A stretch of 64,000 bases of DNA. Source: an uncultured Actinomycetes bacterium. Its GTDB lineage: Bacteria; Actinomycetota; Coriobacteriia; Anaerosomatales; CAVRZR01. The stretch lies in the NCBI GenBank assembly GCA_963725795.1, contig CAVRZR010000003.1:387359-451358 (forward strand). Direction: 5' to 3'. A program made the position numbers and the translations under genes. Position 1 is the first letter of the stretch, and the number at the start of each line of letters is the position of its first letter. Of the stretch, positions 57,119 through 64,000 are shown piece after piece. Under the pieces are notes generated by a model. It was given only the letters and a program-made list of their open reading frames with translations, had not been told where the DNA came from and searched no databases.

Positions 57119-57859
57119 ATGGCAGCGCTCGTCGAAGGGCGCCACGCGGTGCTCGAAGCGCTCCGGTCGGGCATGCCGCTCGAGCGGATCTACGTCGCGG
57201 AGGGCACCCGGCTGGCCGACGTGGCGCCCGAGTCAGCGTCGCTCGCCGCTTCCGCAGGCGTCCCCGTCGAGAGCGTCTCTCGCCGCTGGCTCGCGGAGCA
57301 TAGCGAGCGCGGCGCTCACCAGGGACTCATGGCCGCGGTCGCTCCGTTCAGGTACGTCGCACTCGAGCGGATCCTGGCCGAGGCGAGCAACAAGCCGGAC
57401 AGCCTGCTCGTCGCGCTCGATCAGGTTACCGACTCGGGCAACTTCGGTGCGATCGCGCGTTCGGCGGAAGTGGTCGGAGCCGACGGCCTGATCACGACCA
57501 AACGTCGGTCGGCCGCCATCGGCGCGGGCGCATACAAGACATCCGCAGGGGCCCTTTCCTGGCTGCCGGTCGCACAGGAGCCGAATCTGGTGCGGGCGTT
57601 GGAGGCATGCAAGCACGCCGGCTACTGGGTGCTTGGCGCGTCCGAGCATGCCTCCGAGACTATCTGGCGCCAGCCATTCGAAGGTCGTCTGGTCGTCGTG
57701 CTGGGCGCAGAGGGGGCGGGCCTGTCGCGACTGGTTCTGGAGACGTGCGACCTCACCGCGTCGCTGCCGGTGAGCGGTCATGTCGCGTCGCTGAACGTTG
57801 CTCAGGCGGCGGCTGTCTTCATGTACGAGTGGACGAGGCGCACCCAGAAGGAGCGCTAG
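57119..57859 (+). CDS. rlmB: TrmH-family 23S rRNA 2'-O-methyltransferase (RlmB-like)
   Basis: EGRHAVLEAL...LDQVTDSGNFGAIARSAEVVGA...VVLGAEGAGLSRLV...IPVSGHVASLNVAQAAAV. Confidence 0.8.
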   Translation: MAALVEGRHAVLEALRSGMPLERIYVAEGTRLADVAPESASLAASAGVPVESVSRRWLAEHSERGAHQGLMAAVAPFRYVALERILAEASNKPDSLLVALDQVTDSGNFGAIARSAEVVGADGLITTKRRSAAIGAGAYKTSAGALSWLPVAQEPNLVRALEACKHAGYWVLGASEHASETIWRQPFEGRLVVVLGAEGAGLSRLVLETCDLTASLPVSGHVASLNVAQAAAVFMYEWTRRTQKER

Positions 57860-58369
57860 ATGCGGACGCTCGTGGTCGATGGGTACAACGTGCTCCGCGC
57901 CTCTGGGCGCTATCGGAGACTGGCCGAATCCGATCTCGAGTCTGCTCGCGCAGCGCTGGTGAGAGACGTAGCCGCGTTTGCCGCCGGGACCTATCGCGCG
58001 GTGGTCGTGTTCGATGGGGCTGCCAATCCCGCATCTGACGGCGTGCCGCACCATGTCGCAGGGGCAGCGATCGTATTCTCGGCGCACGGAATCGATGCCG
58101 ACGCCGTGATCGAGTCCCTCGCACATCGGCACCGCGCTCGCGGCGAGGAGGTCACCGTGGTGACGTCCGATGCCCAGACGCAGTGGGCCGTCCTCGGAGA
58201 GGGCGTCCTGCGCATGTCGGCAAGCGAATTCGTCGACGCACTTGCCAGCGAGTCAACGGAGTGGGGCAGTCACAACCCGGCAGGGAGTACGCGGCAGACG
58301 CTCGATCTCAGGGTGGATCCCGAGGTCAGGGAGGCGTTGACGCGGTGGGCGAGGGGTGCGATTCCGTAG
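57860..58369 (+). CDS. NYN-domain ribonuclease (YacP/Rae1-like)
   Basis: LVVDGYNVL...VVVFDG...VVTSD... Position between rlmB and sigH as in Bacillota. Confidence 0.7.
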   Translation: MRTLVVDGYNVLRASGRYRRLAESDLESARAALVRDVAAFAAGTYRAVVVFDGAANPASDGVPHHVAGAAIVFSAHGIDADAVIESLAHRHRARGEEVTVVTSDAQTQWAVLGEGVLRMSASEFVDALASESTEWGSHNPAGSTRQTLDLRVDPEVREALTRWARGAIP

Positions 58370-58452
58370 CAGCATGCTTTTGCATGGATCCTTGCGGACT
58401 CATGCATGAGCGTCTTGTGGACACGGTGTGGAGATTCATTGGTAACAATCAG

Positions 58453-58482
58453 TTGACAGCGCGATGTACGTACGCCTATCGT
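58453..58482 (+). promoter_or_regulatory. sigma-70-like promoter upstream of sigH
   Basis: TTGACA (58453-58), 18-nt spacer, TATCGT (58477-82). Confidence 0.4.
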
Positions 58483-58560
58483 CGAGGAGTCCCTTCGTCA
58501 TGCCGGTGGCGATGCCCTCCCCCTGGGCGCTTCTGGGGGGTTCCTATGGGAGGGGTTTGA

Positions 58561-59211
58561 TTGTACGCACACAGTGGTGCCGCGTCCCTGCCTGGGAACC
58601 TTCGCGGCACAGAACTCGCACTGGTCCTTGCCGCACAGCAGGGCGACCAGCGGGCGAGCGGTGAACTCGTCCGAAAGTATAGAAGTCTCGTTCGATGCAA
58701 GGCTCGTTCGTATTACCTCGTTGGCGCGGATCGCGAGGACATCATCCAAGAAGGCCTCATCGGCCTCTTCAAGGCGATTCGAGACTACGATCCCACGCGG
58801 CAAGCGAGCTTCAGATCGTTTGCCGAACTCTGCGTGACCCGGCAGATGATCACCGCGGTGAAGACCGCCACCCGCCACAAGCACACGCCGCTCAACGGCT
58901 ACGTCTCGCTCAATCGCTCGACATCCGTGGACGAGGACGGAGAGCGGCTCCTGTCCGACATCCTCGCCGCGAAGGAGATCTGCGATCCTGCCGAGATAGT
59001 GATCTCGGCCTGGGAGAGCGAGTTCATACGGCAGGGGATCGTCGAGTCACTCTCATCGTTCGAGTCCAAAGTCCTTAAGCTCTACATGGACGGGCGCTCG
59101 TATCAGGAGATCGCCGAGAATCTGGGCCGGCACGCGAAGTCCGTGGACAACGCCTTGCAGCGCGTCAAGCGCAAGACGGAGGCCCAGATCAGCCGAGCAA
59201 GATTCTGCTAG
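58561..59211 (+). CDS. sigH: RNA polymerase sigma factor, Bacillus SigH (sigma-30)-like
   Basis: KYRSLVRCKARSYYLVGADREDIIQEGLIGLFKAIRDYD...SFRSFAELCVTRQMITAVKTATRHKHTPLN...YMDGRSYQEIAENLGRHAKSVDNALQRVKRK closely parallels B. subtilis SigH. Start (TTG 58561) uncertain. Confidence 0.8.
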   Translation: MYAHSGAASLPGNLRGTELALVLAAQQGDQRASGELVRKYRSLVRCKARSYYLVGADREDIIQEGLIGLFKAIRDYDPTRQASFRSFAELCVTRQMITAVKTATRHKHTPLNGYVSLNRSTSVDEDGERLLSDILAAKEICDPAEIVISAWESEFIRQGIVESLSSFESKVLKLYMDGRSYQEIAENLGRHAKSVDNALQRVKRKTEAQISRARFC

Positions 59212-59349
59212 CTAGCGTGCGGCGGAGCACAGGCGTCGGCTCCTCAGCTCACGTTTCCGAGTCGCGTCCACTGTCCAGCGTCGGCTCGCCGATTCGCCGC
59301 CTCGCCTCCTGACACGCGCCCAGACCTCTGCGTAGAATAGAGCCCGCTC

Positions 59350-59425
59350 GCTGGCGTAGCTCAATTGGCAGAGCAGCTGATTTGTAATCAGCAGGTTGTA
59401 GGTTCAAGTCCTATCGCCAGCTCCA
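59350..59425 (+). tRNA. tRNA-Thr (anticodon TGT)
   Basis: Acceptor GCTGGCG/CGCCAGC, anticodon arm GCTGA-TTTGTAA-TCAGC, T loop GGTTCAAGTCC, encoded CCA. Confidence 0.95.
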
Positions 59426-59435
59426 CAAGAACCAA

Positions 59436-59459
59436 AAGGCCCGGCTCCGGCCGGGCCTT
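59436..59459 (-). terminator. terminator of the cyclase gene (also closes the tRNA-Thr unit)
   Basis: AAGGCCCGGC-TCCG-GCCGGGCCTT. On the minus strand it is followed by TTTTGGTT. Confidence 0.55.
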
Positions 59460-59483
59460 CGCGTCTCCGGGCAAGGCCACACG

Positions 59484-61082
59484 CTACGCGTCGGCTGTCT
59501 CGAGTTCGGCCGAATCCGTCGTCTTGGGGGCAAGGAGAACACGCGGGTCGCACGGCACCTGTCCGTCACCCCACAGAACCTCCACCACCTCAACCGGATT
59601 CGCTATGTTCTTCAGCTCGAACTCGCCGTGGGATGCCGTCTTGATGCTGCGGTCCTTCGTCTTCGCTGCGATGTCGCGCGTCACCAGGACTTGTCCGCCG
59701 TCGCCGAGGCTCATCACGCGCGCGGCTAGATTGAGCGCAGCGCCGATGAACGGACGGCCGCCCTTGTCGAGCACGACCTCTCCGTCCGCGACGCCGATCC
59801 TGATGAGGATCTCGCGCTCGCGAGGATGGGCGGCGTTGTAGCGCTGAAGTGTCTGTTGCATGTCCACAGCGGCGCACACGGCGTTCTCGGCGGTTTCGAA
59901 CGAGGCGATGAGCCCGTCTCCTCCCGTCGACTTGCCCTTGCCGCCGCGTGCTTCGAGGACCGGCAGCAACAGGTCGCGGTGACGCTGGACCGCCTTCGCC
60001 GTCACGAAGCTGCCCTCCTCTTCGGTCATGCGGCTGAAGGACTTCATGTCGGTGATCATGACGACCGACTGCGTCGTGTGCTTGGTCGCGATCTTGTCTT
60101 CGGCAGAGGCGATCAGCCGAAGCAGCTCGTCCACGTCGGCGTCCTCGGTCGCCATACCTCGCTGCGTCGGCGCCGCATGTTGTCCGATTCGAGCGGGAAC
60201 GACCTTGAACGCGCGGTCCCAAACGAGCGCGCCCGCGACCGCGATCACCGCCGATAGCGCACCCATCAGAACGAGCGCGCCGGCATCGATCGGGACGTTG
60301 AATGCGGCTCTGACAGCCGCGCTCCCCAAGGCGGCTATGGCGACGCCCGCGCCAGACGCGACCATCGACATCCCGAACTGCCGCGGGTCGCCGGCAGGGC
60401 GGCGGAGGCGTCCGGTCACGGTCGCAGCGAGAGCCCACACGAGCGGCTGCAGCAACAGGACCGCGACGTGGGTGACCTCCGTGAGACCAGCCCAGACATC
60501 CTTAGCTGCAGCGGCGCCGATAGCGCCGAATGCGGGACCGACCCAGCCGAAAGCGAGAAGATTCTCAGGCGCCTTGGCGAAAGTGACCAGACCGTTGCCT
60601 CCCCCGAGGAAGACGGTGGCGGACCAGCCGCTGCCCATCACGATGCCTGCGACCTCGAGCGCTAGGCACGCGACGAAGGCGGCCAGGGCCCCTCGCGCGG
60701 AGCCAAAGACGTAGCCGGCAAGCACGGGGACGGCCCACGCAGGTCCGAGAGCGGCTCCAACGAAGGCAGCAGCCACGATCACTGCCGCAGGCACGATGCC
60801 GCCACCGAGGTATTGAGCCGCAGCGAGTCCGATGATCAGGAAGGCGAGTCCGACGATCGCGTTCGCTGCCATGAGCGGGATCGAAGCCACGATGACAAGC
60901 GCTGCCGTCGCGACCTCGGTGGAGAAGAGGGCGACTCCTCCGACCGCGACCGAGATCAGCGCTGCCGCCGCACTGGGACGGAAGTGGAGGGCGGAGAGCG
61001 CGAGCCATGTCCCCATCGCGAATGCGAACGCCACGAGCCACCGCAAGAGGTCGCGGTTCGTCCGTACCCCCTGCTCGGACAT
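59484..61082 (-). CDS. class III adenylate/guanylate cyclase with large polytopic N-terminal membrane domain
   Basis: About 300 aa of Ala/Gly/Val-rich TM helices, then the cyclase homology domain VVMITDMKSFSRMTEEEG...GKSTGDGLIASFE...IRIGVADGEVV...GRPFIGAALNLAARV. Confidence 0.8.
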   Translation of the reverse strand: MSEQGVRTNRDLLRWLVAFAFAMGTWLALSALHFRPSAAAALISVAVGGVALFSTEVATAALVIVASIPLMAANAIVGLAFLIIGLAAAQYLGGGIVPAAVIVAAAFVGAALGPAWAVPVLAGYVFGSARGALAAFVACLALEVAGIVMGSGWSATVFLGGGNGLVTFAKAPENLLAFGWVGPAFGAIGAAAAKDVWAGLTEVTHVAVLLLQPLVWALAATVTGRLRRPAGDPRQFGMSMVASGAGVAIAALGSAAVRAAFNVPIDAGALVLMGALSAVIAVAGALVWDRAFKVVPARIGQHAAPTQRGMATEDADVDELLRLIASAEDKIATKHTTQSVVMITDMKSFSRMTEEEGSFVTAKAVQRHRDLLLPVLEARGGKGKSTGGDGLIASFETAENAVCAAVDMQQTLQRYNAAHPREREILIRIGVADGEVVLDKGGRPFIGAALNLAARVMSLGDGGQVLVTRDIAAKTKDRSIKTASHGEFELKNIANPVEVVEVLWGDGQVPCDPRVLLAPKTTDSAELETADA

Positions 61083-61431
61083 AGCCCCTCCTCAGTAGTG
61101 CAGCGTTCCCGCCCAACGAACGTTGTCGAGTCAGAATGATGAACCAGTGAGAGGGGGCGTACAACGGCAATGGGGATCGGACGGGGGTACTCCGAACCCA
61201 TTCTTCGGCCGAAGGCGACGGGCTCCTCAAGGCATTCCGGGCGGGGGAGTCGTCCCGAGGTGGCCAGCCCGACACGCAGAGCCGAGTCAAAGGAGCAGCT
61301 AGACGGGTATTTCTTATGGGCACGCCCGGAGGCGTTGTCGTCGTTGACACCCTCTGGAGCCTGGGGTAGTATTCGTGTGCCTTTCTCAAGGCATGCAACT
61401 TGATAAGCGTACAGCGGGTCTATTTTTTTGT

Positions 61432-61516
61432 GGGAGTGTGCCCGAGTGGCTAAAGGGGACGGGCTGTAAACCCGTTGGCTACGCCTACCTTGGTTCGAAT
61501 CCAAGCGCTCCCACCA
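61432..61516 (+). tRNA. tRNA-Tyr (anticodon GTA), long variable arm
   Basis: Acceptor GGGAGTG/CGCTCCC, anticodon arm ACGGG-CTGTAAA-CCCGT, variable arm TGGCTACGCCTAC, encoded CCA. Confidence 0.95.
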
Positions 61517-61519
61517 CGT

Positions 61520-61595
61520 GCCCACATAGCTCAGTCGGCAGAGCACTTCCTTGGTAAGGAAGAGGTCATCGGTTCAAGTCCGATTGTGGGCTCCA
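61520..61595 (+). tRNA. tRNA-Thr (anticodon GGT)
   Basis: Acceptor GCCCACA/TGTGGGC, anticodon arm CTTCC-TTGGTAA-GGAAG, encoded CCA. Confidence 0.95.
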
Positions 61596-61635
61596 CGACT
61601 CACACCTGCCGACCGCGCGAGCGGTCGAGCGGTAC

Positions 61636-61711
61636 GGCGGTGTAGCTCAGCGGCTAGAGCACACGGTTCATACCCGTGGAGTCACTGGTTCGAATCCAGT
61701 CACCGCTACCA
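61636..61711 (+). tRNA. tRNA-Met (anticodon CAT), elongator type
   Basis: Acceptor GGCGGTG/CACCGCT, anticodon arm CACGG-TTCATAC-CCGTG, encoded CCA. Confidence 0.9.
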
Positions 61712-61853
61712 GGTTTTGCGCATCGCCCACGGGAGATGCTAGTACGGTACGTTACATTTCTTGTGTCAGGAGCACAGGCACACGACACCGAGGGTCGCTG
61801 AAGGCCACGAAGTGCCGGCTCCATCGAAAGCGATCCTTTGAAGGAGGAGACTC

Positions 61854-63038
61854 ATGGCGAAGAAGAAGTTCGAGCGTACGAAGACCCACGTGAACGTGGG
61901 TACCATCGGGCACGTCGACCACGGCAAGACCACGCTGACTGCCGCGATCACGAAGCGTCAGGCTTCGAAGGGCTTCGCGGACTTCACGCCGTTCGATCAG
62001 ATCGACAAGGCTCCGGAAGAGCGCGAGCGCGGCATCACGATCGCTATCGCGCACGTCGAGTATGAGACCGCGGCGCGTCACTACGCCCACGTCGACTGCC
62101 CGGGCCACGCGGACTACGTCAAGAACATGATCACGGGTGCGGCCCAGATGGACGGCGCCGTCCTCGTCGTGTCGGCCGCCGACGGCCCCATGCCGCAGAC
62201 CCGCGAGCACATCCTGCTCGCCCGTCAGGTCGGCGTTCCCTACATCATCGTCTACATGAACAAGATCGACATGGTCGACGATCCCGAGCTCATCGAGCTC
62301 GTCGAGATGGAAGTCCGCGAGCTTCTCTCCGAGTACGAGTTCCCGGGCGACGACACCCCGATCATCAAGGGCTCGGCCCTCAAGGCGCTCGAGGGCGATG
62401 AGGAGGCCATGACCTCGATCGACGAGCTCCTTGACGCGATCGACACCTACATCCCCGATCCCGTTCGCGACATCGACAAGCCTTTCCTCATGGCCATCGA
62501 GGACGTCTTCACCATCACCGGACGTGGCACCGTCGCCACCGGCCGTGTCGAGCGTGGCGTCGTGCACGTGAGCGACGAGGTCGAGATCGTCGGCATCCAC
62601 GAGACCAAGAAGACCGTCGTGACCGGCGTCGAGATGTTCCGCAAGCTGCTGGACGAGGCACAGGCCGGCGACAACATCGGCGTGCTGCTTCGCGGTATCG
62701 CCCGCACGGAGATCGAGCGCGGCCAGGTTCTCTGCAAGCCGGGCTCGATCACCCCGCACACCGACTTCACGGGTCAGGTCTACATCCTGACCAAGGACGA
62801 AGGCGGCCGCCACACGCCCTTCTTCGACGGCTACCGTCCGCAGTTCTACTTCCGCACGACCGACGTCACCGGCGTTGCCCACCTTCCCGAGGGCACCGAG
62901 ATGGTCATGCCTGGCGACAATATCGAGATCCGTGGCGAGCTCATCAACCCGATCGCCATGGAAGAGGGGTTGCGTTTCGCCATTCGAGAAGGCGGACGGA
63001 CCGTAGGATCCGGTCGAGTGATCAAGATCCTGAAGTAG
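61854..63038 (+). CDS. tuf: elongation factor Tu
   Basis: [33 protein letters not shown]...DCPGHADY...NKID; 394 codons. Confidence 0.97.
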   Translation: MAKKKFERTKTHVNVGTIGHVDHGKTTLTAAITKRQASKGFADFTPFDQIDKAPEERERGITIAIAHVEYETAARHYAHVDCPGHADYVKNMITGAAQMDGAVLVVSAADGPMPQTREHILLARQVGVPYIIVYMNKIDMVDDPELIELVEMEVRELLSEYEFPGDDTPIIKGSALKALEGDEEAMTSIDELLDAIDTYIPDPVRDIDKPFLMAIEDVFTITGRGTVATGRVERGVVHVSDEVEIVGIHETKKTVVTGVEMFRKLLDEAQAGDNIGVLLRGIARTEIERGQVLCKPGSITPHTDFTGQVYILTKDEGGRHTPFFDGYRPQFYFRTTDVTGVAHLPEGTEMVMPGDNIEIRGELINPIAMEEGLRFAIREGGRTVGSGRVIKILK

Positions 63039-63202
63039 CCACCGCGCTCAGAAGACATCCGACGCGGGGTCCGGGACTGCAAGACGCCCGGCCCCGCTTC
63101 GATGCTCACACAGGCGCGCACGTTTTGACACGGTCAAAAACGGGGTGCTAGAGTACCCTACCGCGCCCGGCCCTCCCTTGGGTCCGGCTGTATGGAGGAA
63201 CG

Positions 63203-63352
63203 ATGAGAACGCTCGTCACGCTGGCCTGCACGGAGTGCAAGCGCCGCAACTACACCACGAATAAGAACAAGCAGAACAACCCGGAGCGGATCGAGTACAA
63301 GAAGTACTGCAAGTGGTGCCGGTGTCACACGGTCCACAAAGAGACGCGATAG
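63203..63352 (+). CDS. rpmG: 50S ribosomal protein L33
   Basis: Below the ORF-track cutoff; translated by hand: [57 protein letters not shown]. Confidence 0.9.
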   Translation: MRTLVTLACTECKRRNYTTNKNKQNNPERIEYKKYCKWCRCHTVHKETR

Positions 63353-63389
63353 TTGTCACCCGAGGCGAGCAACGGACGGGACAATACGC

Positions 63390-63466
63390 AGGCCAGTAGC
63401 TCCAATTGGTAGAGCGCCGGTCTCCAAAACCGGATGTTGGGGGTTCGAGCCCCTCCTGGCCTGCCA
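63390..63466 (+). tRNA. tRNA-Trp (anticodon CCA)
   Basis: Acceptor AGGCCAG/CTGGCCT, anticodon arm CCGGT-CTCCAAA-ACCGG, encoded CCA. Confidence 0.95.
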
Positions 63467-63541
63467 GAAGCATCCCGCCGCAGCGGTGCGGCGTTTAGAC
63501 GAGCAACCCGATGCCGGTTGCACGAGACGGACAGGAAGAAC

Positions 63542-63772
63542 ATGGCCACAAAGGCAGTAGCCGCCAGCAAGCCGAACCTGTTTCAGCGGCTCGGCAAGTA
63601 CTTCAGCGACGTGCGCGCGGAACTCAAGCGCGTCGTTTGGCCGACGCGGCCCGAGGTGATCAACTCCAGCGTGGTCGTCATCATCACGCTCATATTCTTC
63701 ACCGTGCTCACCTTCCTGCTCGACCAGATCGTCGTCTTCCTCATCAACTCGATCGCGAAGATCGGGGGCTAG
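63542..63772 (+). CDS. secE: preprotein translocase subunit SecE
   Basis: FFSDVRAELKRVVWPTRPEVINSSVVVIITLIFFTVL; single TM; conserved position before nusG. Confidence 0.85.
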   Translation: MATKAVAASKPNLFQRLGKYFSDVRAELKRVVWPTRPEVINSSVVVIITLIFFTVLTFLLDQIVVFLINSIAKIGG

Positions 63773-63775
63773 CGC

Positions 63776-64000
63776 GTGGCTAAGAAGTGGTACGTGATCC
63801 ACACGTACTCGGGATACGAGAACAAGGTCAAGACCAATCTCGAGCACCGCATAGAATCCATGGGCATGGGCCACAAGATCTTCGACGTGCTCATTCCCAA
63901 GGAGACCGTCACCGATCTCAAGGCCGGCGGCAAGCGTGTCACCAGCGAGAAGAAAGTCTTCCCGGGCTACATCCTGGTCCAGATGGAACTGGATGATGAT
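63776..64000 (+). CDS. nusG: transcription termination/antitermination factor NusG (3' end outside window)
   Basis: VAKKWYVIHTYSGYENKVKTNLEHRIESMGM...VLIPKE...FPGYILVQM. Confidence 0.9.
   Translation, partial: MAKKWYVIHTYSGYENKVKTNLEHRIESMGMGHKIFDVLIPKETVTDLKAGGKRVTSEKKVFPGYILVQMELDDD

Noticed and set aside
59350-61431. tRNA-flanked segment as a possible integrated mobile element or genomic island
   Set aside because: There is no integrase, transposase, att-like direct repeat of the tRNA 3' end or obvious composition change. It contains a single ordinary signalling gene.

Overview
High-GC (about 65% by eye) chromosomal window from an anaerobic, Gram-positive-type bacterium. The housekeeping order is greA-lysS-clpC-radA-disA-PIN/TRAM-ispD-ispF-cysE-cysS-rlmB-yacP-sigH, then tRNA-Tyr/Thr/Met-tuf-rpmG-tRNA-Trp-secE-nusG. 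My guess is a deep-branching Actinomycetota (Coriobacteriia-like) or a high-GC Bacillota; this is inference only.

nt 1-24,421 is a + strand respiratory island. It holds an Fe-S subunit, two paralogous secreted hexaheme c-type cytochromes, a Tat-exported [NiFe] hydrogenase (small and large subunit), TPR and NHL-propeller proteins and several anchored or secreted proteins. It ends with a chimeric surface protein of about 2,420 codons that carries 14 heme-binding motifs, glycine-rich modules and an FG-GAP propeller. A separate, intact 24-heme NapC/NirT-type membrane cytochrome lies at 35.8-37.8 kb. Together these look like an H2-linked extracellular electron-transfer route for a monoderm cell, with an architecture I cannot match to a described system.

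Nearly every gene of the island is broken by reading-frame changes as assembled. In contrast, 15 consecutive genes between 38 and 53 kb have none.

Other items:
- a candidate selenoprotein (in-frame UGA at the Cys position of an ArsD-like C-X4-C motif, plus a SECIS-like hairpin) in a small redox operon controlled by a promoter that contains a perfect 16-bp palindrome;
- matching TGTAAC-N4-GTTAC palindromes in the promoters of the hydrogenase operon and of rex;
- a terminator-like leader in front of the hydrogenase;
- a c-di-GMP, cell-wall and pilT gene group;
- a membrane adenylate cyclase inserted among tRNA genes.

Six tRNAs were folded by hand. No rRNA, CRISPR, transposase or integrase was seen. 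All family calls rest on motifs recognised by eye; no database search was run.
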